Origin: Leptospiraceae bacterium
GTDB lineage: Bacteria; Spirochaetota; Leptospiria; Leptospirales; Leptonemataceae
Assembly (NCBI GenBank): GCA_040217195.1
Contig: JAVJNR010000007.1
Span: 72,424 to 136,423, forward strand
Direction of reading: 5' to 3'
DNA length: 64,000 nucleotides
Under the pieces are notes generated by a model. It was not told the origin of the DNA. It saw only the letters and a program-made list of their open reading frames with translations, and ran no database searches. Positions 28,982 through 39,801 of this stretch are shown piece by piece. The stretch's first letter is position 1; the number at the start of each line of letters is the position of its first letter. The position numbers and the translations under genes are program-made.

Positions 28982-30865
28982 TCAGTCCGTAGCTGGCGGA
29001 GCCGGATGAAGCGGACGAACTTTGTCATGGTAGGCCTGAAAAACATCGTTAAAGCGCAGATATCCCAGGATGGTTCCAGTTTTGTCGATTATGGCGAACT
29101 TATCTACTTCAGAATGCATCAGAACCCTTAAAGCACGGGCCAAAGTATCATCCGGAGTTAGTGGCGGTACAGTATCCAGCACATCTTCGACGGTGATCAG
29201 GTTTCGAATAGCACCGGTATGCCTGGAATGATGGACTCTCTTCAAGGAACAGATGCCTCTGTATTTGCTTTCGCTATCAATGACTACAAAGTCACTGGCC
29301 TGTATTTCATGGGCTCGGTCTTCAAGATCTGCAAGAAGCAAATGGTTTTCGCATACAGCTCTGGTTCTAAACTCTGAAAAAACATCCCTGATCTTCAACG
29401 AATCCAGAATATCCAGATTCATATCGTAGTAATGGGCCGGAGATTCGAAACGGTTCTTCATCTGACCCCGATACACGGACCACTTATGGGACAATACTGA
29501 TGCTATGATAGAGACAATCATTAGAGGTGGCAACAATGCATAGCTTCCGATAATGTCGCATACGGTAATCATACCGGCCATGGGGGCTCCAGCCACTCCG
29601 CTAAAAAAACCAGCCATCCCCACCAGAATGAAAGAAGGTACAGATATATCCAGACCGGGAAACCAGTAGCTTGTGAGAGTTCCCACAGCCCCTCCAAGCA
29701 TTCCTCCAATAAAAAGAGAAGGTGCGAATATGCCCCCGGATCCTCCGCTGGCCACGGTAAAGGACGTAGTAACGATTTTTAGCAATGCAATCAGTAGAAA
29801 GAAACCTGCGATGGCCAGCGGATCTGCTGCCAGGCCCTGAATATCATCTGGATTTCCCAGGCCACCGGATCCATCCGGATCCGCAGCCAAGAATGGATTC
29901 TTCCCAAGTATGATCTGCTGCATAAAACCCAGACCGGAGCCGTACACTTCGGGAAAGAAAACTCCGATGAGGCCAACCATCATTCCACCCAGAGCAGGCT
30001 TCCAGACCGGATGAACTCGAATGGTGGAAAAAGTATCCCGGACATAGTTAAAGAATACAGTGAACAAATAACCGATTCCAGTGCAGGCAAGTCCAAGAAT
30101 GAAATAGAATACCAGTTCATGGTAGTGCTGCAAAGAGACCTCGGGCACAGCAAAAATGGAGCTCTGGTCTCCGGCCGCCCGAGCCACAAGGTAGGCAGTG
30201 ACGGAAGATAGAATACAGGGTATCAAGGAATCACTTTCAATGTCTTCTCTATAGACAACCTCCACCGCAGTCAGAGCGCCACCCAGGGGAGCTCGAAACA
30301 CGGCCCCCAGCCCTCCAGCGATGCCTGCAAGCATCAGAGTCCTGCGAGCTCGGGCGCCTGCACCCACCACCCGGGCTATGGCTGAACCTATACCACCACC
30401 AATCTGCATAATGGGGCCTTCCGGACCGGCACTACCGCCAGACGACACAGTGAAGATCGTAGCCAGAGATTTATATAGAGGAATTCTTGAGGAAACCTTG
30501 CCTTCTTTCCGGTGAAAGGCTTCAATCATTGTATCCGTGCCGCTACCGGCTGCATCTCTGGATACAAAGTGAACCAGAAGCCCGCAGAGTAATCCTCCGG
30601 CCACTGGAAGTAGCATCATCATCCATGGATTAAAGGCCACAACAGGAGTGCCGCCAATTGGATGCTCTCCTGCAGGATAGGTACGATGAAGTCCTACAAG
30701 ATAGTCGAAAGTAAAATGCTCGGCATAGGACAGAGCCAAATGGAAGAGTACAGCGCCGGCCCCGGTGGCAAGGCCGATCAGAATAGAATACATGTATACT
30801 CTTCTGGGGTTGCGAATGCCCATCAGAGCCCGAAACTGATGAAGCCATGGATTTGAATCGGGCAT
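28982..30865 (-). CDS. ClC-family chloride channel/antiporter with C-terminal CBS domains
   Basis: GSG, GPEGP gating Glu, FRAPLGG, GGIFAP, CBS pair. Confidence 0.92.
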   Translation of the reverse strand: MPDSNPWLHQFRALMGIRNPRRVYMYSILIGLATGAGAVLFHLALSYAEHFTFDYLVGLHRTYPAGEHPIGGTPVVAFNPWMMMLLPVAGGLLCGLLVHFVSRDAAGSGTDTMIEAFHRKEGKVSSRIPLYKSLATIFTVSSGGSAGPEGPIMQIGGGIGSAIARVVGAGARARRTLMLAGIAGGLGAVFRAPLGGALTAVEVVYREDIESDSLIPCILSSVTAYLVARAAGDQSSIFAVPEVSLQHYHELVFYFILGLACTGIGYLFTVFFNYVRDTFSTIRVHPVWKPALGGMMVGLIGVFFPEVYGSGLGFMQQIILGKNPFLAADPDGSGGLGNPDDIQGLAADPLAIAGFFLLIALLKIVTTSFTVASGGSGGIFAPSLFIGGMLGGAVGTLTSYWFPGLDISVPSFILVGMAGFFSGVAGAPMAGMITVCDIIGSYALLPPLMIVSIIASVLSHKWSVYRGQMKNRFESPAHYYDMNLDILDSLKIRDVFSEFRTRAVCENHLLLADLEDRAHEIQASDFVVIDSESKYRGICSLKRVHHSRHTGAIRNLITVEDVLDTVPPLTPDDTLARALRVLMHSEVDKFAIIDKTGTILGYLRFNDVFQAYHDKVRPLHPAPPATD

Positions 30866-30905
30866 AATTACAGGTCTTTTTCAGGGCTTCCGAGTATCAA
30901 TTGTT

Positions 30906-31841
30906 TTGGAAATAGAAACGAAATTTAACAACCGCATCCAGGGCCTGGCAAACCGCATCCATGAAGGATTCAATGAACTCTCTATTGAAGAGGCCCGCAA
31001 AGAGCTTCTATTGTGGATTTCCTGGACCCAGGGAATTAATGCACTGAAACTAAGACTGAGTCCTCCGAATCTAGATGAGACAACCTGGCAGGAAGTTGAG
31101 ATATTTGCAGAGAAACGCAGCCAGGGAATTCCATTCGCCTACATCATGGGTAAAACGGAGTTCTATGGATTGGAACTGACCATCGGCCCTGGAGTGTTGA
31201 TTCCCAGACCGGAGACCGAAGAACTGGTAGAGATAGCCCTTGAGTGGCTGGAGAAACACATTCAGAGTGGAATGCCGGAAATCAGAATACTGGATCTTTG
31301 CACAGGTAGCGGATGTATTGCCGTTGCCATCGGGCATACCCTGCAGGAGCGGATTCGAAACCAGAAACTTCCATCAGTGAAGCTTACTATTTCCCTTTCC
31401 GATTCTTCCAGCCAGGCACTGAATTACGCCAGAGCCAATGCAAATCGCTATGGCTCTTCTGAACTGGAATTCCGAATGTTTCAGGGAGATATGATGAATC
31501 CGTTTAAGGAGCAGGATGCCTCTGCTTTTGATCTGATCGTCTGTAATCCGCCCTATGTTCATCCAGATGAGACGTCTGCCCTTTCTGCAGAAACGTATAT
31601 GCATGAACCCGCAGAGGCCTTATTTCATCCCGATCCACCGGCACTTTATTTACAAATACTTAAGCAATGCATGGAATTCTTGAATGCAGATGGATTGATC
31701 ATTCTGGAACTTTCTCCTTTCATCTCGGAAGCGGTCCTCTCAATGTGCGAGCAAGAGTTTCCTGAATGTTACTATAGAATTGAGTCCGATCTTTCAGGCA
31801 AGGATCGCTTTCTGATTTTTGCTTGTAAGCCCCGTCGATAA
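30906..31841 (+). CDS. prmC: Release factor glutamine N5-methyltransferase
   Basis: P.AYI.G, VLIPRPETE, LDLCTGSGCI, NPPY. Confidence 0.93.
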   Translation: MEIETKFNNRIQGLANRIHEGFNELSIEEARKELLLWISWTQGINALKLRLSPPNLDETTWQEVEIFAEKRSQGIPFAYIMGKTEFYGLELTIGPGVLIPRPETEELVEIALEWLEKHIQSGMPEIRILDLCTGSGCIAVAIGHTLQERIRNQKLPSVKLTISLSDSSSQALNYARANANRYGSSELEFRMFQGDMMNPFKEQDASAFDLIVCNPPYVHPDETSALSAETYMHEPAEALFHPDPPALYLQILKQCMEFLNADGLIILELSPFISEAVLSMCEQEFPECYYRIESDLSGKDRFLIFACKPRR

Positions 31842-31857
31842 GCGAAACAACAAGCCA

Positions 31858-32607
31858 ATGAGAAAGAAATTCATAGCCGGTAACTGGAAAATGAATCTGG
31901 TGCCTAGCGCTGCAGGAAAACTGGCCCAGGAATTGAAATCCAGCCTTACAGGTTCAGAATCTGCTGAGATCGCCGTTTGCCCCACCTATGTGGCTTTGCC
32001 AGCGGTCCTGGATGTATTGAAAGGATCAGGAATCTCCGTCGGTGCTCAGGACATGCACTGGGAAGATCAGGGTGCTTTTACCGGAAAGATTTCCCACGAT
32101 ATGCTAACAGACCTGGGATGCACTTATGTAATCCTGGGGCATAGCGAACAAAGACAGTACTTTAATGAAACCGATGAATCAGTGAACAAGAAAACCCGGA
32201 AAGCTCTGGAAAATGGACTGAAGCCTATTTTATGCGTGGGCGAAACACTGGAAGAAAGGGAAGCCAATAAGACCACCGAAGTGGTGGAAAGACAGATTCT
32301 TGGAGCACTTCAGGGAATATCAGATCTAAAGGATACGGTTATAGCCTACGAACCTGTCTGGGCTATTGGCACCGGAAAGAATGCAACTCCTGAAATGGCA
32401 CAGAAAGTTCACTCCATGATCCGAGAAAAGCTAAACCAGATGTATGCAGGCAAAGCGAATGAAACTCGCATTCTCTATGGAGGCTCTATGAAGCCAGACA
32501 ATGCAGAGGGACTTCTTAAGATGGAAGATATTGACGGTGGCCTGATCGGCGGCGCTTCTCTGAAAGCAGATGCATTCTTCGGAATTATCAAGGCTGCAAA
32601 TTCTTGA
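31858..32607 (+). CDS. tpiA: Triosephosphate isomerase
   Basis: AGNWKMN, GHSE, AYEPVWAIGTG, YGGS, IGGASL. Confidence 0.98.
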   Translation: MRKKFIAGNWKMNLVPSAAGKLAQELKSSLTGSESAEIAVCPTYVALPAVLDVLKGSGISVGAQDMHWEDQGAFTGKISHDMLTDLGCTYVILGHSEQRQYFNETDESVNKKTRKALENGLKPILCVGETLEEREANKTTEVVERQILGALQGISDLKDTVIAYEPVWAIGTGKNATPEMAQKVHSMIREKLNQMYAGKANETRILYGGSMKPDNAEGLLKMEDIDGGLIGGASLKADAFFGIIKAANS

Positions 32608-34606
32608 TCTTTCTTTTTTCTTCCGCTTCCTGGCCCGGGCCTGAGTCCGATTCCCAGGGAAGCGGATGGAAGCTCATACTTCCGGTCATCTGATTTCCTA
32701 CCCATAACCGATTATCATCGATTCCAAAAGATTGCATAGGATATAGAAATTCCCGGCCCAGGATTTCATGCATTCTCTGAGCCCAGGGTGCTGGAACCAC
32801 GGTTCTGTAGAAACCGATTCTAGATCTATGGCTTGCTACAGAGAAGAGGTCCGAGTCAATGAATACCAGATTTACCGGACCATCCATAAGAATCAGAGTG
32901 TGAGCTTTTCCCGGGAAATCATTACGCCAGGATTCCATAAATGGCTGAAGCTGATTCCACTCCAGGGATGATTTTCGCAGATCCGCATGCAGCCAGAGAA
33001 AGAACCGATCCTCCTTATACTTCTTAAAGAGAGTTCTTGAATCGCGTAAAAACCCCAGGGCTGCATCCAGGTCGGTAGGATCAAGTCCACCCGTGGGCCT
33101 GCGGTCTTCTCCGGACTCTGAATCGCCAAATGGAATGGAAACCGGTTCTAGAATCTGGCACCCTTCATCCAGCCGCGAAGGATGAGTATGGTTGAAATAA
33201 TCTCCATTGCCGGTACAAATAGTGCGAAATCCACGATCCACAAATTCGGAAAGCAAGGAACGATTTTCCGTTCTGGCTACTGGATCCGTTCCATGAAGCA
33301 GATTGCGCACGGCCCAGGAAATCTCATTGGAGCTCAGCACGGATAGCGCTGCAATTTGAGGTCTTGAAACAAAGGCTCTTTCTGGCAATACCAGAGTCAG
33401 TAATCTTTGCCCATCTACTTTTTCTATGTGTATACGATCCTGTGTTTCTGGATTTTCAATATCATCCTCCGGGCTACGCAAAGTATTCTTTTCTTTTATT
33501 GAAATAAAGTCTGCGCGAATGGAAGGATTGGAGTCATCCGGATCATCACCGGGGTAGGAAGAATTTCCATCTCGATCTCTATCCAGGAAAGCAGCAAAGA
33601 AAGTTAACGCTTCGCCGGTTAGTGAACTCTTAAGCGCCGCCCTGGAGAGCGATCCGTTGTTCAGTACATAACTTAAAAGGATGAATTGTCCAACAAGAAG
33701 CGGCAATAGAAGGATTGCTGTTATATTTGAAGATTCTTTTCCTTCTGCATCCCGACTGAGCATGAGCCCGGAAACCCACCAGTGCACCGCCAGGAAGATG
33801 GAAAGCAAAGACGGAATTTCACCGGGAAATGGTGGATACCAGGTTTCTATAGCAAAATGCAGGGCCACCATCCCCGGAATAAGGAAAAAGGCAAAATAAG
33901 ACATTCCATAAGGCACCGGGAATGTTTCATACTCCGGCGACAGTGCAAGTCTTCGGCGGCTCTGAAGAAACAGGAAGATTAGAAGCGAAAGTACCAGAGA
34001 ATAAAGAGTGAACGTTGCATATTTCTCAAATCCGGAATCGGGCACCACAGAAGCCGGAAGTAACAGAAATCTAGCGCCCAGTACGGCGGCCAATAGAAAG
34101 GTTGCATTCATTCCCCGAAACAATGGAAATATGAAAATCAATGCCAGAAATGCAATGAGGGCCGCAGAAAGAAGCACCGAGTGGACGGCCAGTTCCGGTA
34201 GAACTGGTCCCTCAGAAATTAGGCCGGACCATCGAATCAACGGCTCTGCAGTTAGCAAAAAGATACAGATCCCGGGAGAAGCAAAGTTCCAGAAATGCTC
34301 CACCCGAAGCAACAGTGCTCCCGGAATACGGACCAGCTGGAAATAGATTTCCAGAATGAGCCCTGCAAATAGTAGAAATAGCAAGGAAATCAGAAGACCG
34401 GCCAGGGTCAGATTGCCGGTATCACCGGTGGGAGCCATATCGATACCCAGCCAGAAAGCCACTGGCAGGGAAGCGCCAAGCAGGGATAAACCCAGGGCTT
34501 TAAAAGTGCGGATAGCTCTTCCTTTTAAGATACCGTCGAATAGAAGTCTGGTTGAGCTAAGTTGCACCTTGGAGTCATAATCGGTCTGAATCTGAATTTC
34601 CTGCAC
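32588..34606 (-). CDS. Multi-pass membrane protein with degenerate sulfatase/LTA-synthase-like C-terminal domain
   Basis: About 9-10 TMs, DRDRDG..GDDPDD.NP motif, GFRT and RFFLWLH remnants. Confidence 0.5.
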   Translation of the reverse strand: MQEIQIQTDYDSKVQLSSTRLLFDGILKGRAIRTFKALGLSLLGASLPVAFWLGIDMAPTGDTGNLTLAGLLISLLFLLFAGLILEIYFQLVRIPGALLLRVEHFWNFASPGICIFLLTAEPLIRWSGLISEGPVLPELAVHSVLLSAALIAFLALIFIFPLFRGMNATFLLAAVLGARFLLLPASVVPDSGFEKYATFTLYSLVLSLLIFLFLQSRRRLALSPEYETFPVPYGMSYFAFFLIPGMVALHFAIETWYPPFPGEIPSLLSIFLAVHWWVSGLMLSRDAEGKESSNITAILLLPLLVGQFILLSYVLNNGSLSRAALKSSLTGEALTFFAAFLDRDRDGNSSYPGDDPDDSNPSIRADFISIKEKNTLRSPEDDIENPETQDRIHIEKVDGQRLLTLVLPERAFVSRPQIAALSVLSSNEISWAVRNLLHGTDPVARTENRSLLSEFVDRGFRTICTGNGDYFNHTHPSRLDEGCQILEPVSIPFGDSESGEDRRPTGGLDPTDLDAALGFLRDSRTLFKKYKEDRFFLWLHADLRKSSLEWNQLQPFMESWRNDFPGKAHTLILMDGPVNLVFIDSDLFSVASHRSRIGFYRTVVPAPWAQRMHEILGREFLYPMQSFGIDDNRLWVGNQMTGSMSFHPLPWESDSGPGQEAEEKRKIKNLQP

Positions 34607-34761
34607 AACAGAGCAGAATGGTGGTCAATACCCCCAGGGGGTTTTAAATTGATTGTAGCGACCAGTAAAACATGAGAAAAGGTCCCTCAAATTCGGTTGT
34701 CTTGACAGAGCCACTGTATGTCCTCCGAATTCTGCGAACCAATTCCCCACGGTAAGCCCAT

Positions 34762-35520
34762 ATGAAAAACGTAGATCAAGATTCATTTCAAACAGAAGTT
34801 ATTGAGAAGTCCCGTTCGATCCCGGTGCTGGTGGATTTCTGGGCTCCCTGGTGCGGTCCCTGCCGCATGCTGGGACCGGTTCTGGAAAAACTGGAACAGG
34901 AATTCAATGGATGGCAGCTGGTGAAAGTCAATACAGATGAAGAACCTGGACTGGCCGGCGCCTACAATGTGTCCGGGATTCCCCATTGTGTGCTTTTTAG
35001 CGGCGGTGAGCCCGTAGATCAATTCACCGGAGCCCTGCCAGAGCATATGTTAAAGGAATTTCTATCCAGGCATGTAAAGGATGAAGATATGCAAAAACTG
35101 GATGAACTGGCTCAGAGCGATCCGGTTGCAGCGGCCAGACAAATTCTGGAAATGCCATCCATCGGTCAGAATCACAGCCCAGTATTATGGAAGGCAGTGA
35201 AAGCAATGTTGCAGCAGGGAAACACAGATGACCTGAAAGAAACTCTAGAAGCCATCAATTCTGCCGAACTTGTAAATGAAAAGACTGCGATTTTGAATGT
35301 ACTCTCGAATGAGCCTTCCGCCGAAGATTTACAGAATCTTGGAAAACTCTCTGGAACCGAGAAAGAAATTCGTGATGTGCTTGACCGATTCATGGAATCT
35401 CTCGAAAGAAATAAAGGAAAGCAAGAAAAAGAGACATTGATCGCCAGCTTTCATCTGCTGGGTCAGAACAATCCCCTGGTAACCGAGTATCGCAAGAAAA
35501 TGGCCAGGATTCTGTTCTAG
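34762..35520 (+). CDS. Thioredoxin with helical C-terminal domain (CnoX/YbbN-like chaperedoxin)
   Basis: VDFWAPWCGPC; C-terminal YRKKMARILF. Confidence 0.85.
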   Translation: MKNVDQDSFQTEVIEKSRSIPVLVDFWAPWCGPCRMLGPVLEKLEQEFNGWQLVKVNTDEEPGLAGAYNVSGIPHCVLFSGGEPVDQFTGALPEHMLKEFLSRHVKDEDMQKLDELAQSDPVAAARQILEMPSIGQNHSPVLWKAVKAMLQQGNTDDLKETLEAINSAELVNEKTAILNVLSNEPSAEDLQNLGKLSGTEKEIRDVLDRFMESLERNKGKQEKETLIASFHLLGQNNPLVTEYRKKMARILF

Positions 35521-35587
35521 TCCCCTGGCACTATTCGCAGATTGGAACCTCGCTAACCCTCCCTTCCATCCCAGGAGCAAAAGCAAT

Positions 35588-36109
35588 ATGGAATCGAACA
35601 ACTCCTCAGCACTATCTATACTATTTGTTTGTCACGGCAATATTTGCCGATCACCGGCGGCTGAAGGTGCATTGCGTCACCTCATCAAAAGCCTGGGCTT
35701 TGAGAATCGAGTTAGAGTGGACTCGGCCGGTACCAGTGCCTATCACATCGGCGAAATCCCGCACCCCGATACACGAAAGGCCGCCGCAGAAGCAGGGATC
35801 AAGCTTGAACATCGCGCTCGTCAGTTCACTGCCTTTGACCTGGAAAGATTCGATTACATACTGGCCATGGACCGACACAATTACGAAGATGTATTGGCTG
35901 CCGCGTCCAGCAAAGAAGAGCAAGACCGGATCTATATGTACCGTAAGTTCGATCCAGAGGTTGAAGGCTCCCGAATCCCCGACGTGCCAGACCCTTACTA
36001 TGGCGGATTCGCCGGTTTCCGGGAAGTGCAATCTATTGTTGAGCGCACATCGGAGAGCATTCTGGAATGGCTTCGCGCAATGGAGCCTGTAGCTCAGCAA
36101 CGGAAATAG
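35588..36109 (+). CDS. Low-molecular-weight protein-tyrosine phosphatase
   Basis: VCHGNICRSP, DSAGT, DPYYG. Confidence 0.95.
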   Translation: MESNNSSALSILFVCHGNICRSPAAEGALRHLIKSLGFENRVRVDSAGTSAYHIGEIPHPDTRKAAAEAGIKLEHRARQFTAFDLERFDYILAMDRHNYEDVLAAASSKEEQDRIYMYRKFDPEVEGSRIPDVPDPYYGGFAGFREVQSIVERTSESILEWLRAMEPVAQQRK

Positions 36110-36148
36110 TTGCCCGAATCCTCCCGTTTCTGAATTCTACCGGTAATC

Positions 36149-36880
36149 ATGCCGGAAGACACCCAACATGAGTTCCAGCTGCTCAGACAGGAGCAGGTGC
36201 GTTTGCTCAGAACTATCAATCATGATATAAAGAGTCCTCTGTATGCTATTAAGAGTCTCACGGAAATGTTCGCTGAGAATCCTGGTTCCTTTAATGCAGA
36301 AGAGCTAAACACTATGGCTGTGGAAATAAACCGTTCCGTTTCCGGGATGGGCGAAATTCTGGACAGCCTGCTTCGCTGGATGACCTATCAAAAAGAACGC
36401 TACGACGCCAATTTAGAAAGGCAGGACGTAGATGAACAAATATTTGCTGCCATGGGCCTGGTAAAACCGCAGGCAGATCTAAGAAGTATTTCTATGGACT
36501 TTTCTGGTTCCGAGCAGATCGTCATAGGTATAGAAAAAGCGGTTCAAAAATGCATTCAGATACTTCTGGAAAATGCGATCAAGTTCTCTCCTGATAATTC
36601 GAAAATTGAAATTCGCACCGAACCCGGATCGCAGCAAGGTTTAATTCGCATTCAGGTCCAGGATCAAGGCCGGGGACTTTCCGAAAAAGCGCGGAACCAG
36701 TTGTTTAATCTGGAAGAAAGGATCGTTTCAGAAGGAGTGAGGGGCGAAAAAGGGGCAGGACTTGGACTACTAATGGCTCAGGACATTTTGAAACGCTCAT
36801 CAGGGACCCTTGGAGCAGGAGAGGCGGAGCATGGCGCAATCTTCTATTTTGAATTACCTCTGGCTGGAGACAATATATGA
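36149..36880 (+). CDS. Cytoplasmic histidine kinase without sensor domain
   Basis: HDIKSPL, ENAIKFS, DQGRG, GAGLGL. Confidence 0.85.
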   Translation: MPEDTQHEFQLLRQEQVRLLRTINHDIKSPLYAIKSLTEMFAENPGSFNAEELNTMAVEINRSVSGMGEILDSLLRWMTYQKERYDANLERQDVDEQIFAAMGLVKPQADLRSISMDFSGSEQIVIGIEKAVQKCIQILLENAIKFSPDNSKIEIRTEPGSQQGLIRIQVQDQGRGLSEKARNQLFNLEERIVSEGVRGEKGAGLGLLMAQDILKRSSGTLGAGEAEHGAIFYFELPLAGDNI

Positions 36881-37779
36881 ATCATATTCGGATTTGCGAA
36901 GTGGGGCCCAGAGATGGTCTGCAAAACGAAAAGACTATTATTTCTGCAGAAGATAAGATTCGCTTCATAGAATTGCTGGCTGCAAGCGGCATAGAGGAGC
37001 TGGAATCTACCTCATTTGTAAGACCAGGAGTGATCCCTCAGCTTTCGGATGCAGAGCAGGTATTTGCCTCCGTCTCCCATTTACAGGAAACGCTAAACCT
37101 GCCGGTACTAGTGCCCAACGTAAAAGGTCTGGTACGGGCGTTGGAAGCTGGTGTGCGAAGCGTGGCAGTATTTACAGCTACCAGCAATACCTTTACTCAA
37201 AAAAATACCAATGCAACTGTAGATGAGAGCCTCAATAGAATTCGAGAAATCATGTCCGAGTTGCATGGAACGGCCATACGAGTTCGGGGATACATCAGCA
37301 CTGTGGTGGACTGTCCATACGAAGGACTGCAGGATCCACAAAAATCCGCACAAATTGCTGCAGAGCTTCTGGAAATGGGATGCTTCGAGATATCTCTGGG
37401 GGAAACGATAGGTACAGCAGTTCCCTCGGATATCCAGCGTCTGCTGGAAGCGGTGCTCAAAATTGCGCCGGCCGACAAGTTAGCCGGTCATTTTCATGAT
37501 ACCAGAGGCACGGCGCTGGCCAATGTAATGGCCGGCGTGGATATGGGGATTCGATCTTTCGATGCAAGTGCAGGAGGAATGGGCGGTTGTCCCTATGCGC
37601 CCGGCGCTGCAGGCAATGTGGCCACGGAAGATGTAGTCTATGCACTTCATCGCTCGGGCTACAATACTGGAATCGATTTAGATAAACTATGCGAAGCCAC
37701 GTCCTTCATAGAGCAATGCGTTGGCCGGCCATCCACCTCCAGGGTGTACCAGGCTCTGAAAGCCTCAGCCCTAAAATAA
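36877..37779 (+). CDS. Hydroxymethylglutaryl-CoA lyase
   Basis: EVGPRDGLQNE, HFHDT.G, GGCPYAPGA.GN.ATED. Confidence 0.92.
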   Translation: MNHIRICEVGPRDGLQNEKTIISAEDKIRFIELLAASGIEELESTSFVRPGVIPQLSDAEQVFASVSHLQETLNLPVLVPNVKGLVRALEAGVRSVAVFTATSNTFTQKNTNATVDESLNRIREIMSELHGTAIRVRGYISTVVDCPYEGLQDPQKSAQIAAELLEMGCFEISLGETIGTAVPSDIQRLLEAVLKIAPADKLAGHFHDTRGTALANVMAGVDMGIRSFDASAGGMGGCPYAPGAAGNVATEDVVYALHRSGYNTGIDLDKLCEATSFIEQCVGRPSTSRVYQALKASALK

Positions 37780-37842
37780 GCCCGGACTACGAAGGAAAAA
37801 GAAATCCTCCGCGATTGGTATTCGCATATTTATTGAAAGAAA

Positions 37843-38709
37843 ATGAAAACAGTACAGAGCATCAAAGAGATGAGAGAGTCCCTGAAGGATTGTAGGTTTC
37901 AGGGAAAGAGCATTGGACTTGTACCTACAATGGGATTTCTGCATGAAGGCCATATAAGTTTGATACGTCAAAGTCAGAAAGAATGCGACTCCACTGTTGT
38001 AAGTATATTTGTAAATCCCACTCAGTTTAATGACCCTTCTGACTACGAGAACTATCCTGTGGACTTGAAACAGGACCTGGATGCTCTGGAAAAGGAAGGC
38101 GTGGACTTTGTATTTCTGCCGCATCCGGATGAGATGTACCCTCCAGGCAGACTGGCGCTGAAGATGGCCATTCCGGAACTAACCGGAAACCTTTGCGGCT
38201 TGCATCGGCCCGGGCATTTTGATGGAGTGCTTCTGGTGGTTTCGAAATTCTTCAATATAGTGCAGCCTCAGAAATCCTACTTCGGACTAAAAGATTATCA
38301 GCAATTTCTGGTAATCCGCACCATGGCCCGGGCTCTGGATTTCCCTCTGGAGGTAATCGGCTGCGAAACAGTTCGAGAAGAAGATGGACTGGCCATGAGT
38401 TCTCGAAATGCACGACTTTCCAGCAAAGCCAGGGAGCATGCAGCCTTAATCCCCAGAGCCCTGAATCTGGTGCAGAAGACACTGAATGACAGAAGAGGAC
38501 AATATGCGGTTAACTGCAGAGAACTCTGCGAAATTGCCTGGGACGTCATTGAGTCCGGCACCCACAATAAAGTAGAGTACATGGAAATTGTAGATCCAGA
38601 CAACCTGCAAAAGCTGGAGGAAATCCAGAAGGACCGGACTGCCAGGATCGCCACGGCTGTATTCTGCGACGATGTACGTTTAATCGATAATCGACCTCTC
38701 CAATTCTGA
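37843..38709 (+). CDS. panC: Pantoate--beta-alanine ligase
   Basis: PTMGFLHEGH, FVNPTQF, RPGHFDGV, GLAMSSRN, RLIDN. Confidence 0.97.
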   Translation: MKTVQSIKEMRESLKDCRFQGKSIGLVPTMGFLHEGHISLIRQSQKECDSTVVSIFVNPTQFNDPSDYENYPVDLKQDLDALEKEGVDFVFLPHPDEMYPPGRLALKMAIPELTGNLCGLHRPGHFDGVLLVVSKFFNIVQPQKSYFGLKDYQQFLVIRTMARALDFPLEVIGCETVREEDGLAMSSRNARLSSKAREHAALIPRALNLVQKTLNDRRGQYAVNCRELCEIAWDVIESGTHNKVEYMEIVDPDNLQKLEEIQKDRTARIATAVFCDDVRLIDNRPLQF

Positions 38710-38742
38710 TTGACCGATGTTTATTCTATCCCATGGTTCGCC

Positions 38743-39801
38743 ATGCGCTTGAAGACTATTCTAATCATTCTGGCAGCCCTGCCATTTATTCTGATTGCAC
38801 TGTTCTTTCTGTACAGCTTTCTACTGAGCCCACCTGGATCAGGCCAGGATTTGAGTCGTGAAAGAGGTATACCGTTTCCGGCATTGATGGCCCACCGAGG
38901 TGCATCCGGTCTTGCTCCTGAAGAAACACGTCCGGCCTATCTGCTTGCCCGAGAACTGGGAGCGGATTACCTGGAAGCGGACATTCAGCGCACGAAAGAT
39001 GGAGTTTTGATTGCTCTGCATGATGATGACCTTAGCAGAACCACAAATATCGAAGAAGTGTTTCCCGAAAGAGCCAGGGATACCGTGGATACATTTACGT
39101 ATGCAGAACTCATGCAATTGGACGCTGGTTCCTGGTTCAACGAATCCCGTCCTGAATGGGCCAGGCCATCTTTTGTAGGTCTGAAGATACTGACCCTGGA
39201 AGAACTGATTGATATATCAGAAGGTGGATACCACAAACCAGGACTTTATCTGGAAACAAAGTCGCCAGAGCGATTTCCAGGAATAGAAAAGCAAATTGTA
39301 GATATGCTTACCCGACGAGGCTGGATTGGAAATGAGCAGCCAATCGAAAGCGAAGAGTCTTCTCTGGAAGAAACACCGCTGGATGCGCCGGATCGAGTTT
39401 CCGTTCGCAGTATGCCAGGTCGCATCATCGTGCAGTCCTTTTCCGTGGAAAGTCTGGAAATATTCAAGGAGCTTGCACCTTCGGTTCCGCGAGTCTTTCT
39501 CTTCGGCCAGGAAACGGTAGAGCAAGCCGGCAGCTTTGAATCAGTACTGGAAGAAGCTCTGTCTGTGCAGGCCAATGCGGGCCCTTCTGGCTACATGGCC
39601 TGGCCCTGGTACACAAGCAAGATACATGCACGTGGAATGATCGTTCATTATTATACAATCAATCAATCCTGGCAAATGTGGCTCATCAATCAATTTGGTG
39701 CCGATGGAATCTTCACAGATCGCATTGACCTGGCTCTGGATTACTTTGGACGCCTGGAAGAGCCCAACCTGGAAGAGTACTTCACCAGAATTGAATACTG
39801 A
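38743..39801 (+). CDS. Glycerophosphodiester phosphodiesterase, membrane-anchored
   Basis: AHRGASG.APE, EAD, TKDG...LHD, ETK, GIFTD. Confidence 0.9.
   Translation: MRLKTILIILAALPFILIALFFLYSFLLSPPGSGQDLSRERGIPFPALMAHRGASGLAPEETRPAYLLARELGADYLEADIQRTKDGVLIALHDDDLSRTTNIEEVFPERARDTVDTFTYAELMQLDAGSWFNESRPEWARPSFVGLKILTLEELIDISEGGYHKPGLYLETKSPERFPGIEKQIVDMLTRRGWIGNEQPIESEESSLEETPLDAPDRVSVRSMPGRIIVQSFSVESLEIFKELAPSVPRVFLFGQETVEQAGSFESVLEEALSVQANAGPSGYMAWPWYTSKIHARGMIVHYYTINQSWQMWLINQFGADGIFTDRIDLALDYFGRLEEPNLEEYFTRIEY

Noticed and set aside
30906..31841. prmC separated from prfA by about 25 kb
   Set aside because: Loss of this adjacency is common; not informative alone
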